Shown here: positions 29,056 to 38,170 of the stretch, one piece after another
Numbering within the stretch: position 1 is the stretch's first letter
How the letters are laid out: each line of letters starts with the position of its first letter
From: Patescibacteria group bacterium
GTDB lineage: Bacteria; Patescibacteriota; Microgenomatia; Levybacterales; UBA12049
Direction of reading: 5' to 3'
Length of the DNA: 64,000 bases
Assembly (NCBI GenBank): GCA_038063415.1
Contig: JBBTVD010000009.1
Coordinates: 15,430 to 79,429 of the forward strand
Made by a program: the position numbers and the translations under genes
The notes under the pieces: generated by a model
What the model was told of the DNA's origin: nothing
What the model saw: the letters and a program-made list of their open reading frames with translations, nothing else
Database searches by the model: none

Positions 29056-31233
29056 TCAACTTCTTTTTTTTGAGTATCCTAACTCCCACTCTAACTGAGA
29101 AATAGCCCCTTCTGCTTTAGCTATTAGGGAAGCATGTTCTGTTGAATCCAGTAGTGCTATAAATTGACGATATGACTCAATCGCCTCTTCTGGCCTGCCG
29201 AGAAAAACAAGGGTACTCCCTCTATTATAATAAGGAGGGGCAAAATGACTATCAAGAGCAATTGCTTGATCATAATCATGTAGCGCTTCCTCTGGCTGAT
29301 TGAGACGTTTAAGAACATTCCCTCTATTATAATAAGGAGGGGCAAAATGACTATCAAGAACAATTGCTTGATCATAATCATGTAGTGCTTCCTTTAGACG
29401 TCCAAGACGCAAAAGAGCATTGCCTCTATTGTTATAGAAGGTAGAAAAATGCGGGTTGAGAGCAATTGCTTGATCAAAGGCTACCAATGCCTCCTCTGGC
29501 TGATTGCTCTCAATGAGGGTATATCCCACGTTATTAAGTAGTTGTATATCCTGTCCATATTCTGATTGAAAGAGTGTGACAGAATTCAGTAGTCCTTCCC
29601 TGATCCATTTTGGCATCTCACTCCATGGCATCTCAGAGGTTTGTAGTTCAAACGAAATTCCCCTTGGATCAGGATTGTGGGCAAACGCAACTAAGTCAGC
29701 AACCGTCGTTTGTGTACCATCGTGATTAGTTCCGAAAATCATTTTGTTCGTGAGTCGCCCATTCAGTGAAGGTTTTAGCATGTCCCGCCATTCGATGTTC
29801 CCATCACTGGTTACCAAAAAAAGCAGCGAATGTTCCGGAACATTACCCACCAAATACCTGAGCCCTGCCTCCTGCATTAAAGCTCCACCAAGTTCTGAGG
29901 CACCAACACAATTTACACACTGCGTTGCAAGAGCTTTTTTGGGAGTATCTGCATCTTCGTTACGAGGATAGCTGCTTACCACTTGCTGAATGAGATCAGC
30001 AATTTTCCGTTCTTTTTTACTGATTGCTGCTCTGTCTTTTGTTTGCCTGACAGTTTCAAGCTCTACCCGCAGCCGGTCTATTTGTACCGCTTCACGCAAA
30101 GTTTCTTCACCATCTCTCCAATGTAGATGAGTATGCCTTACTGAATCAGGAAGCTTATCAAGTGGCATAGTGTCTGCGAGTAACTGCATACCTCTACGAA
30201 AAACAGCGTTAACTAGCTCCCGCCGCGGGGCTTCCATAGGTTTCTCTAGTGCTTTTTCTACTTTATTTAAAAACGTGCTATGAATCGGTGTGTCACTTCG
30301 ACGTGATCTTGCTTCCTGCTCAGTATGAGAATCATGAGGAACAGTCCGTAATTCTCCACGTGCTTCCCGCTGTTGTAGTGTGAATGATAACTCCGCTATT
30401 CTGAAAAAATGTGCTATCTTCTCTGAACGATACTCCTCATCTCCCATGATTGGTTCTTGTGGTCTTTGTCTATATGCCTCTTTTCTTACTGCATGGACAA
30501 GCACATTGCGTTGAGGAAGCATCATCTGGATCGCTCGATAGCTTTTCACCTTTGCTTCGTCTACTCTTGATGCAGGATCTGTCAGAAAAGAAAGAAATTC
30601 CCTGCTCTCTTCCTCAGAAAGGATCTTCCCTGTAGTGACAAAAATGTCAAGACAGAGTGTTCTTTCAGGGGAAAGTGTTGCCTCCGCTATTGGTGGCTCT
30701 GTTCCTTTACCAAATTTAGTCCCATAAGTATATAACGCTTCTCCTAACGAACCTGCTATTTCTGCTGTGGCGTGAGCTCTTTCTCGTGTCTGATCGCTCC
30801 CTGATTTCAGCATGCCACGGCGGAGACGTTGCTGATTGATTTGCTCTACCTTGTCACGTCGGGAGTAAAAATAAACGCCTGTGTCTCGCAGGAACGTCAT
30901 CAATTCCCGCATTTTACCGGACACTTCACGTTGTCGTTCTGGTTTATCCTTAAACGTGTCTTTATCTACCTCTTCTAAAACACCAACGATATCCCACAAC
31001 TGTAATTTCTCATGCAGATATAAAATCTTTCCCCCGTTTGCTCCTTGCTCCAGTATATTGTCCTTGCTTTTTGCATCCCAAGCTTTTTTATCTATTATCT
31101 GTGGTAGGATATGATTATTTTCTGAACACCATACTGTAAAAAAGCCTCCCACTGCGGGATTACTGAAGACCCTTTGTTCAGTTTTTTCCGCAACGGCAAA
31201 TGGTACTTCTCTTCCTTTAAAAGCTTCACTCAT
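29056..31233 (-). CDS. large protein: N-terminal unknown region, central transglutaminase-like Cys-His-Asp core candidate, six C-terminal TPR repeats
   Basis: 725 aa. The C-terminal approx 200 aa are six near-identical 34-aa TPR units (..A.HDYDQAIALDSHFAPPYYNRG..L..L.R.EEA); the underlying DNA is a near-perfect tandem 102-bp repeat. The central QCVNCVGASELGGALMQEAGLRYLVGNVPEHSLLFLV..DGNIEWRD fits the C...GIP.R.V.G..P.H......W...D transglutaminase-like core pattern. Confidence 0.5.
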   Translation of the reverse strand: MSEAFKGREVPFAVAEKTEQRVFSNPAVGGFFTVWCSENNHILPQIIDKKAWDAKSKDNILEQGANGGKILYLHEKLQLWDIVGVLEEVDKDTFKDKPERQREVSGKMRELMTFLRDTGVYFYSRRDKVEQINQQRLRRGMLKSGSDQTRERAHATAEIAGSLGEALYTYGTKFGKGTEPPIAEATLSPERTLCLDIFVTTGKILSEEESREFLSFLTDPASRVDEAKVKSYRAIQMMLPQRNVLVHAVRKEAYRQRPQEPIMGDEEYRSEKIAHFFRIAELSFTLQQREARGELRTVPHDSHTEQEARSRRSDTPIHSTFLNKVEKALEKPMEAPRRELVNAVFRRGMQLLADTMPLDKLPDSVRHTHLHWRDGEETLREAVQIDRLRVELETVRQTKDRAAISKKERKIADLIQQVVSSYPRNEDADTPKKALATQCVNCVGASELGGALMQEAGLRYLVGNVPEHSLLFLVTSDGNIEWRDMLKPSLNGRLTNKMIFGTNHDGTQTTVADLVAFAHNPDPRGISFELQTSEMPWSEMPKWIREGLLNSVTLFQSEYGQDIQLLNNVGYTLIESNQPEEALVAFDQAIALNPHFSTFYNNRGNALLRLGRLKEALHDYDQAIVLDSHFAPPYYNRGNVLKRLNQPEEALHDYDQAIALDSHFAPPYYNRGSTLVFLGRPEEAIESYRQFIALLDSTEHASLIAKAEGAISQLEWELGYSKKRS

Positions 31234-31403
31234 GATCTAAGAATAGCACAATATTCTAAGTAGCCATATAATCAGCACCTTTTTGACTCTTTGAGCTATA
31301 AGATCTTTTTAAGAGAATGTGTCTAAGTCCACGTTCTGCCTTGTTGTTATCAGCAGTAGGAATACCTAGTTTAGTAAGACAGGTAGAATGGTCTAGTGAA
31401 CAG

Positions 31404-32042
31404 TTACTCTGTTTTTGCCTCAAAGTATTTTTTTCCATGACCGACGTTAGTATTCACTGCAATATTTTTCTTACACAAAGGGCAATCTTTCTCTTCCCAT
31501 GATTCTGCTTTGAGTACAGCAAGGGAGGTAAATGGTGCCCCAATTGATTCTGAGGTAACAAGTTCCGGGTCACGATTGACCATCACACAAACGCCAACGA
31601 CTGTCCCTCCAACAGCTCGTACGCTGTCGACAACCTTTTTAACAGAGCCACCAGTGGTAGTTAAGTCTTCAATTACGAGCACTTTTTTGCCTTTGACTAA
31701 CTGATCATACCCTCTGGTAAAGATTTGGTTTTTGTCTGGAGTCTTTTCTGTATACACACCAAGAATTTCCTTGCCTTTAGCTTGTGAGAGATGATAAGCA
31801 GTCCACGTACAGAGGATAATTCCACCAAGTGCTGGTGCTGCAACGAGATCAATATCCAACTCTTTATTTTTTTCAGCAAATAATGCTCCCATTTGCGAAA
31901 CAGCCTCTGTGTGAGGATACAGGGCGTCTTTATTGAGATAGACAGCCATATGTCTACCAGAAGTCCCCACAAAATGGCCATCTGTATAGATAGCTTTTGT
32001 TTTTCTGAGTAATTCTAATGTTTTTTGATCAATCGTTTCCAT
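31404..32042 (-). CDS. pyrE: orotate phosphoribosyltransferase-like (type I PRTase)
   Basis: 212 aa. The N-terminal HFVGTSGRHMAVYLNKDAL resembles the PyrE HF.L.SG..S..Y.D...L block, and the PRPP-binding motif VLVIEDLTTTGGS is present. Confidence 0.6.
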   Translation of the reverse strand: METIDQKTLELLRKTKAIYTDGHFVGTSGRHMAVYLNKDALYPHTEAVSQMGALFAEKNKELDIDLVAAPALGGIILCTWTAYHLSQAKGKEILGVYTEKTPDKNQIFTRGYDQLVKGKKVLVIEDLTTTGGSVKKVVDSVRAVGGTVVGVCVMVNRDPELVTSESIGAPFTSLAVLKAESWEEKDCPLCKKNIAVNTNVGHGKKYFEAKTE

Positions 32043-32093
32043 AGACTACAATTATACTATAAAATCTTTCTTATATTGTTCTTGAGGAACAAA

Positions 32094-32978
32094 TTATCGA
32101 TAGTTATTTATAGTATCTCGTAATTGTGTTGCTTCTTCCCTGGCTTTTTCTGCAAAATCTTGTCCGCTTGAGGCAAAAAGAATACTTCGTGATGCATTAA
32201 TCATCATTCCACGCTTCTTGGTATTTAATCCTGCTTTGACTGTAGCTTCTGTATCTCCACCTTGTGAGCCAATTCCTGGAACAAGTAGTACCATGTCTCC
32301 AACGATCTTGCGAATTTCAGTAAGCTGTGCAGGATACGTCGCCCCCATAAAGATCATCGTATTTGGATAGCCTCCCTGTTGTTGCATGAGTTCTTGTGCG
32401 ACGAGTTCATAGAGTGGCTTTATTTTGTCATGCTGAATTTGTTTCAGCATCTCTTCTCTTGTTTGCTTGGGATCCTGAAATGAATTCAGGATGACATACT
32501 GTTCCTGAAATTCTTTGGCTTCTGGGTTTGAAGAGTGACAACCGACAATAATTCCTTTATCTTTATAGGCAAAATAAGCGCTTAGTGATCCAATTCCCAT
32601 ATACGGCATGACTGTCAAAGCATCAGCTTGAAGATAGTCAAAGATATACTGGGCATAGCCTTTGTTGGTATTACCTATGTCTCCACGTTTGGCATCAATG
32701 ATAACAGGAATCTCTGGATACTTCTCCTTGATATAATCGCAGGTCATTTTGAGCTCTCGCACTCCTCTATCCCCGCGTGATTCGTAAAAGGCGGGATTTG
32801 GTTTATATACACAGGCCAAATCATGCGTGGCGTCAATAATTGCTTTATTAAATTCAAACTGTGGGTATCCTTTTTCTTTAAGAAAATCTGGGAGTTTGTC
32901 AAAATCGGGATCAAGGCCGACACACAGGAGAGAATTATTTTTATCAACAGCGGCGTTTAGTTTGTCATGAAAGGACAT
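32094..32978 (-). CDS. pyrF: orotidine-5-prime-phosphate decarboxylase (type 2, long form)
   Basis: LLCVGLDP and IIDAKRGDIGNT are the type-2 OMPDC signature blocks. The start is taken at MSFHDK (32978), directly after the upstream HAD gene stop; the track ORF extends further into that gene. Confidence 0.8.
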   Translation of the reverse strand: MSFHDKLNAAVDKNNSLLCVGLDPDFDKLPDFLKEKGYPQFEFNKAIIDATHDLACVYKPNPAFYESRGDRGVRELKMTCDYIKEKYPEIPVIIDAKRGDIGNTNKGYAQYIFDYLQADALTVMPYMGIGSLSAYFAYKDKGIIVGCHSSNPEAKEFQEQYVILNSFQDPKQTREEMLKQIQHDKIKPLYELVAQELMQQQGGYPNTMIFMGATYPAQLTEIRKIVGDMVLLVPGIGSQGGDTEATVKAGLNTKKRGMMINASRSILFASSGQDFAEKAREEATQLRDTINNYR

Positions 32979-32982
32979 AGTG

Positions 32983-33624
32983 TTAGAGGTATTGTAACAA
33001 ATCTTTGACGTTTTTGACAATGTGCGTTGGCTTTGCTTTACTGATTTCATCCTCTGCCCCGTAGCCATAATATACTCCTACTGAGTCAATAGCATTTGCT
33101 TGTGCTCCGAAGATATCGTGTTTCCTGTCCCCTATCATGACAAAGGAATATTTTGGTTGGTCAGGAAAAAGAGCTAACGCTTCGGCTACGAGGTCTGTTT
33201 TGTCGGCATTGGAGAGATCGGGCTGTGAGCCGACGACTTTTTCAAAAAATGTATCCAACCCGTGGTGTTGCACAATCTTCTCTGCAATCCAGGTTGGTTT
33301 TGAAGTGACTACGAGAAGTCTGTTCCCTGATTGTTGGAGATTGGTGAGAACAGCAATGATATCAGGATATACGGTACTCTCATACATTCCAGTCGGGTGA
33401 AAATATTCTCGATAATGGAGCACTCCTTCCATCGCCTTTTCCTCGCTAAATCCATAATACTCTTGAAATGATTTATGGAGGGGTGGGCCGATAAATTTGA
33501 GAAGATTTTCAGTGTCTTCTTCAATTCCCATTCTTTTCAAAGCGTGCTGGGCAGCTTTGGTTATGCCAATTTTGGGATCAATGAGTGTCCCGTCAAGGTC
33601 AAAAAAGATAATTGGATAGGCCAT
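32983..33624 (-). CDS. HAD-superfamily hydrolase (phosphatase, subfamily IA)
   Basis: 213 aa. Motif I FFDLDGTLID; motif II (LVVTSK); motif IV (IGDRKHDIFGA). Confidence 0.8.
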   Translation of the reverse strand: MAYPIIFFDLDGTLIDPKIGITKAAQHALKRMGIEEDTENLLKFIGPPLHKSFQEYYGFSEEKAMEGVLHYREYFHPTGMYESTVYPDIIAVLTNLQQSGNRLLVVTSKPTWIAEKIVQHHGLDTFFEKVVGSQPDLSNADKTDLVAEALALFPDQPKYSFVMIGDRKHDIFGAQANAIDSVGVYYGYGAEDEISKAKPTHIVKNVKDLLQYL

Positions 33625-33627
33625 GGG

Positions 33628-34098
33628 TTAGTTTGTCTTTGCAGTTGTTAATCGTTCAAGCTTGGTGATTCTCACGTCGTGAGTCTCCATTCGTTCTTCA
33701 ATCTTTTTTACTTGAGCCGTTGCAAGTTCTCTATCTTGTTGTCTTGTTTCCAGTTCTTTTAAAAGTGGGTCAATAGCGGTAAGCACTCTATTGGTAAATT
33801 TTGACATTTCTGCCATGATATCTTCTTTCATCAGAGAAAAATCATATTTCATTTCAGCTCGCAAAGCATTTTGAGAGGCAGTAAGTCGGTCAGAGAGATC
33901 TTTTTTGGTCGGATAGTCGTTTAATGCTTTTTTCAGATCTAGTTTCGTTGGGTAGTCACTGAGAGTTTCTTTTAGGTACAGTTTGGTCGGGTAATCACTA
34001 AAAGCTTCTTTTAAATCATACTTTGTTGGGTAATTATCTAAGACTCCTTCTAATTCTCCTTTTGTTACGGGTGTTGGTGTTGCCGTTCTCTTTTGCAT
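33628..34098 (-). CDS. hypothetical protein with four tandem 13-aa DYPTKxDLK repeats and C-terminal coiled coil
   Basis: 156 aa. NYPTKYDLKEAFS / DYPTKLYLKETLS / DYPTKLDLKKALN / DYPTKKDLSDRLT, then a heptad-rich region. The underlying 39-bp tandem DNA repeat is at about 33880-34035. Confidence 0.45.
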   Translation of the reverse strand: MQKRTATPTPVTKGELEGVLDNYPTKYDLKEAFSDYPTKLYLKETLSDYPTKLDLKKALNDYPTKKDLSDRLTASQNALRAEMKYDFSLMKEDIMAEMSKFTNRVLTAIDPLLKELETRQQDRELATAQVKKIEERMETHDVRITKLERLTTAKTN

Positions 34099-34163
34099 AA
34101 ACTTAGTCTAAAAGATTCTTACTAGTTTGTCAACGAGATAAATTTCTATTTATTGTAGAAAAA

Positions 34164-34793
34164 TCATTCTGTGTCTCTTTCCTTCTCTACGGCTTTCTTT
34201 TGACCTGGAGATAACGTGTCCCAGATATTGTCTAGAAGTTCGTCTCGCGTCAGGACGTGGTGGGTCAAATAGGTTGTCGGTTTTGGCTTTCGGATAAAGC
34301 CGACAAAGATTTGGATGTCAGTAATGAGGGAAAACCCTTCACTAATGAGATCTGCCACGTTTTTGGCAGTCCCATCACCACCGGTTGTGACATCATCAAG
34401 CAGCGCAACTGGTAAATCCCAATGAACATTTCCGGTAAGTTGTTTTTGCGTCCCTTGCTCGATGGTAGTGAGGGCTTGGGATTTAAAGATAATTTGTGGC
34501 TTATCTTCACTATATGCCACTGATCCTACCATCTGGGCACTTATCTTGGAGTCAACATTGCAGAGTATATATTTTTTATCTTTATATGTTTCGTTTAGAA
34601 GAGCTATGATTACATCAATAAACGCTTTATATGCTTGAGGAGACGATGCTACCCTACTATGATCAAGGAACATAGAGGATTTCTTCCCACTTCGTAGTGT
34701 AAAAGGTTCGTCTTCAATTGATTTAACAATAAAGGCATGTGTCTGGAGTAATCCTTTGATGTAGTTTTGTTTTAAGGTTTGGAAGTCTGTCAT
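34164..34793 (-). CDS. second phosphoribosyltransferase-like protein (OPRT-like paralog)
   Basis: 209 aa. PFTLRSGKKSSMFLDHSRV (cf. F.L.SG..S..Y.D) and the PRPP motif VALLDDVTTGGDG. Confidence 0.5.
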   Translation of the reverse strand: MTDFQTLKQNYIKGLLQTHAFIVKSIEDEPFTLRSGKKSSMFLDHSRVASSPQAYKAFIDVIIALLNETYKDKKYILCNVDSKISAQMVGSVAYSEDKPQIIFKSQALTTIEQGTQKQLTGNVHWDLPVALLDDVTTGGDGTAKNVADLISEGFSLITDIQIFVGFIRKPKPTTYLTHHVLTRDELLDNIWDTLSPGQKKAVEKERDTE

Positions 34794-35209
34794 TTATTGG
34801 TAAACAGGAGATACATTCCTGTGCTGGCTAGTATGATACCAAAGAAAAGATTCCAGGTAAACTTCTCTTTCAACAGAAGTATTCCCAAAATAGTCAGTAA
34901 GATAACTCCACCAATACGCATAAACGGCATAACGGTAGAAACACCTTGAATCCCCTCCAGTGCCTTAAAAGAAAAAGCTGTAAAGATTGAAATGAAGACA
35001 CCTCCGGTGAGTGCATAATACAGAGCATTGGTATGGAGGGGTGCCTTACGGCTGAAGAGGAAATAAAGAATGATTGCCGTAGTAAATGCTCCTGTTTGAA
35101 AAAGAAGGTTTGCGACAAAGGGATCTTTGAGTTGCGAGCCAAGTTTGCGGAAGAGATCAGCAAAAGAGACGAAAAAAATACCACCAAGAGCATACATAAA
35201 CCAATGCAT
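34790..35209 (-). CDS. small 4-TM membrane protein, EamA-like (single DUF6 domain)
   Basis: 139 aa with four hydrophobic helices. It overlaps the upstream PRT-like gene by 4 nt. Confidence 0.45.
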   Translation of the reverse strand: MHWFMYALGGIFFVSFADLFRKLGSQLKDPFVANLLFQTGAFTTAIILYFLFSRKAPLHTNALYYALTGGVFISIFTAFSFKALEGIQGVSTVMPFMRIGGVILLTILGILLLKEKFTWNLFFGIILASTGMYLLFTNK

Positions 35210-35245
35210 GATTTAAGTATAGCAGGTTTATCTGAAGTTTGATCC

Positions 35246-35324
35246 GTCATGCTGGCTCATCCAGCATCTCTTATTGATTCTGGATGCACGCTCCGTCAGT
35301 TGTCGGATCGCTTACCAGAATGAC
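35246..35324. repeat. palindromic MITE/REP-like element (GTCATGCTGG..CCAGCATC hairpin plus GATTCTGG..CCAGAATGAC hairpin), subfamily A variant
   Basis: It lies between the aspartase stop (35340) and the EamA-like gene start. Confidence 0.7.
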
Positions 35325-35339
35325 GGTTATGAGTTAGAG

Positions 35340-36650
35340 TCAGTTTGGTCGAGTTATTTCCTCAAAGTTTTCCTCGGTGAGGAGCTTTTTGGCAAGTACA
35401 ATCTCTCGGAAAGACTTCTGCTCTGCAACTGCTTCTTTGACAATCTTACTTACGGTGTCATAGCCAAGTTGCGGAGAGAAAAGGGTTGCATAGGTTGTCG
35501 AATTCTCCAGAAGCTCTTCACAGCGTTTTTCGTTTGGTTTGAGATATTGAATACAATGGGTTGCAAAGACAAAAAGTCCTGAAGAACTCATCTTGAGCAT
35601 CGTAATCATGGCCTCGGACATAACTGGGAACATCAGCGAAAGCTCAAGGTATGAGTTTGTTGCTGCTTGATGAATGGTCAGATTCTTCCCCATGATATCG
35701 TAGGCAATTTGATTCATTGATTCTGGAATAATTGGGTTTACTTTCCCCGGCATTATAGAAGAACCAGGTTGCAGCTCTTTGAGTGAGATCTCCCCTATTC
35801 CACCATACGGACCACTCGCAAGGAAACGAAGATCATTAGCAATCTTATTGATATCCGTAAAGAGGATATTGAGTACTGCGCTCAATTGGCAGAAATCGGA
35901 CGAGCTACTTGTCTGGGACATCATATTCTTTGCTCGTTTGATTGGGAGGTTTGTAATTCGTTGCAACTCTTGGTATGTATGTTGCATATAAGCTTCTGAT
36001 GCATTAACACTATTACCAATTGCTGTCCCTCCAAGACTGAGATCATAGAGATAGTTTTGTGCTTCTTTAATTCTCTTTTTATTTCTCTTCAGAATATCTC
36101 GATACGAAGCGCATTCTGCACCAATAGTCGTCGGAACGGCGTCTTGAAGATGGGTTCGGCCAATCTTACGAACATGTTTATACTTTTTTGCTTTATCATC
36201 AAAGGCGGTAATTACATAGTCTAAGCTCGTAAGAACTTCTTGAGTAAGTCTAATACAGACAATTTTAAGCGCTGTCGGATTTACGTCGTTGGTAGATTGT
36301 CCCATATTTACTTCATCGTTGGCATGAATTTTATGTCCATTAGCGTGAATCTCAGTAGCACGAACAGCAATGACTTCGTTGACGTTCATATGGATTGAGG
36401 TGCCTGCTCCCCCCTGAATCGCGCAGGTGACAAATTGCTCGTCAAACTTGCCAGCAATGATTTCATCGGCTGCTTGGACAATTGCCTGTGCGTACGGTTT
36501 TGGTAATTCTCCAGCTTTATAATGCCCAATTGCTGTAGCTTTTTTTACCTCCGCAATGCCATAGATAAGTTCAAGATGGACTTTGTTGGCAGGAAAAGGG
36601 AAGTTCCTGATTGCTGCTTCTGTTTTTTTACCGTAATAGATTTTTTTCAT
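35340..36650 (-). CDS. aspA: aspartate ammonia-lyase (fumarase/aspartase class II family)
   Basis: Has the family signature GSSIMPGKVNP. The N-terminal block QGGAGTSIHMNVNEVIA matches the aspartase QGGAGTSVNMNTNEV block better than the fumarase QTGSGTQSNMN block. Confidence 0.65.
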   Translation of the reverse strand: MKKIYYGKKTEAAIRNFPFPANKVHLELIYGIAEVKKATAIGHYKAGELPKPYAQAIVQAADEIIAGKFDEQFVTCAIQGGAGTSIHMNVNEVIAVRATEIHANGHKIHANDEVNMGQSTNDVNPTALKIVCIRLTQEVLTSLDYVITAFDDKAKKYKHVRKIGRTHLQDAVPTTIGAECASYRDILKRNKKRIKEAQNYLYDLSLGGTAIGNSVNASEAYMQHTYQELQRITNLPIKRAKNMMSQTSSSSDFCQLSAVLNILFTDINKIANDLRFLASGPYGGIGEISLKELQPGSSIMPGKVNPIIPESMNQIAYDIMGKNLTIHQAATNSYLELSLMFPVMSEAMITMLKMSSSGLFVFATHCIQYLKPNEKRCEELLENSTTYATLFSPQLGYDTVSKIVKEAVAEQKSFREIVLAKKLLTEENFEEITRPN

Positions 36651-36677
36651 TGTTTTTACATTTTGTCTTAAGCTCTC

Positions 36678-36760
36678 GTCATTCTGGCTTGTCCACTCCG
36701 ATTTAATCGGAGTCCAGAATCAAATGTGATCCTGGATGCGTTTCACTTACCAGGATGACG
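36678..36760. repeat. palindromic MITE/REP-like element, subfamily A
   Basis: GTCATTCTGGC..GTCCAGAATC plus GATCCTGGATGCG..CCAGGATGACG, upstream of the aspA start. Confidence 0.75.
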
Positions 36761-36944
36761 TTATCATATTGAACTGTACCAGAAGTAATATTGTCAAATC
36801 TTGAAAATATACATAAATGTCAGTCAAAAGTTTTGTTTGTGAGATATAATGTTTAGCGAGGACCTCTTTGTCTTTGCTCTTCAGCGATGAAGGAGAATAA
36901 AAGCATTATAGACAGAATGAAAAACGGTTGTCAAGCTCTTTATA

Positions 36945-37020
36945 CGTCATTGCGAGGAGGGTTATGCGACGAAGCAATCTTATGAGATCGCCACAACTAC
37001 TTCGTAGTCTCGCGATGACG
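36945..37020. repeat. palindromic element variant with termini CGTCATTGCGAG ... CTCGCGATGACG, overlapping the 3-prime end and stop codon of the DHOD-like gene
   Basis: Imperfect 12-bp terminal inverted repeats share CGTCAT/ATGACG ends with the main family. The gene's last codons (..KRHRETTK) and TAG stop lie inside the element. Confidence 0.55.
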
Positions 37021-38088
37021 TTTTTCTTTTATTTCCTGTGCTAGGAAGGGATTCCACATAGCGCCAGTTGCACTTAGGACAGCATCTGCACCTGCTTCTT
37101 TGTATTCATTGTAATCTTCTGGAGTCGTTACTCCCCCCACGCCTTCGATAGAAAAAGAGTAGCCTTTCTTTTCTCGAATAGTTCTGAGACGTTTGACTGT
37201 ATCAATACCTGCCCATTTGATGGGAGCACCACAGACGCCGCCTTTTGCTCGATTTTTACCAGGGAGTGCTTGTTCACCTTTTTCATTCACGATAATGCCA
37301 GGAAGTGTGTTGATTGCTACAATACCATCGGCATATTCATTGGTGATTGCTGCAATCTTTTCAAGCTGCTGCTGATCTTCATAGTATCCAACCTTTAGAA
37401 GAAACGGTGTGTTGTCACTAACCGCACGTACGCTTTTGCAAATTCTTTCCGTAACAGCAATGTTGTAACATACAAGTCCTTCATCACCATTGTTGGGGCA
37501 TGAGATATCCGCTTCGAGGATTTTTGCGCCGGTTTCTTTTACTTGTTTGGCTACAACTGCCCAGTCCTCAATAAATTCTTGTTGGGTTTGATTGGGGCGT
37601 ACAGTTCCGACAAAACTTCCAACCATTATTTGCCCTTTGCCAGCATAAGAAATTGCCTTCTTCATATCTTCTTGCCAGAATTCAGGTTTTCTTGATGGGA
37701 TATTAAAAGAATTGGTAATCGCGATTGGCTCCTGAAAGCGATCATCCCCGAGTAGTGGCTCTTGCAGTTTCTTTAGCGTCAGATCGCCCTCTACATGTAC
37801 AGAAAGCACATTGGGGAAAGGATGGCAGGGGTAGGTATCGCTACGGACTGTTTTGTACACACAGATATCAAAACCTTTTTCAAAAGCAGCTTTTGCATAC
37901 TTGCTATTGAGCAGGGGGCCTGCCGGTATACCAAAGGGAAGATATACTTTGTGTCCATGATATTCGTATTGTGGTTCTCCTTCTTGTGCATATACTTTCC
38001 CATCAGTAAAGGCTCCAAATGGTCCCTGGTCATAGTTGTCTTCGTAAGATTTTAGTGGATCGTAGAATGGAGTAATAAGCTTTTTCAT
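36997..38088 (-). CDS. dihydroorotate dehydrogenase-family flavoprotein (class 1-like TIM barrel)
   Basis: 363 aa. Blocks ...ISCPN..., ...LLKVG..., and INTLPG...G..GAP.K..GI fit the DHOD/DHPD-like family. It neighbours pyrimidine genes. Confidence 0.55.
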   Translation of the reverse strand: MKKLITPFYDPLKSYEDNYDQGPFGAFTDGKVYAQEGEPQYEYHGHKVYLPFGIPAGPLLNSKYAKAAFEKGFDICVYKTVRSDTYPCHPFPNVLSVHVEGDLTLKKLQEPLLGDDRFQEPIAITNSFNIPSRKPEFWQEDMKKAISYAGKGQIMVGSFVGTVRPNQTQQEFIEDWAVVAKQVKETGAKILEADISCPNNGDEGLVCYNIAVTERICKSVRAVSDNTPFLLKVGYYEDQQQLEKIAAITNEYADGIVAINTLPGIIVNEKGEQALPGKNRAKGGVCGAPIKWAGIDTVKRLRTIREKKGYSFSIEGVGGVTTPEDYNEYKEAGADAVLSATGAMWNPFLAQEIKEKRHRETTK

Positions 38089-38170
38089 ATTTATCTTTTA
38101 AAATATACCATAAGAATAATTCCTGCAATAGCCAGCATTGCTCCTGCTATCTGAGGCAGGTTAAGGGTTT

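Noticed and set aside
29157-29381. 74-aa minus-strand ORF with internally repeated MIMIKQL..ILPLLIIIEG sequence
   Set aside because: It is just an alternative frame of the 102-bp tandem TPR-coding repeat of the 725-aa gene; the repetition reflects the DNA repeat, not a real protein.
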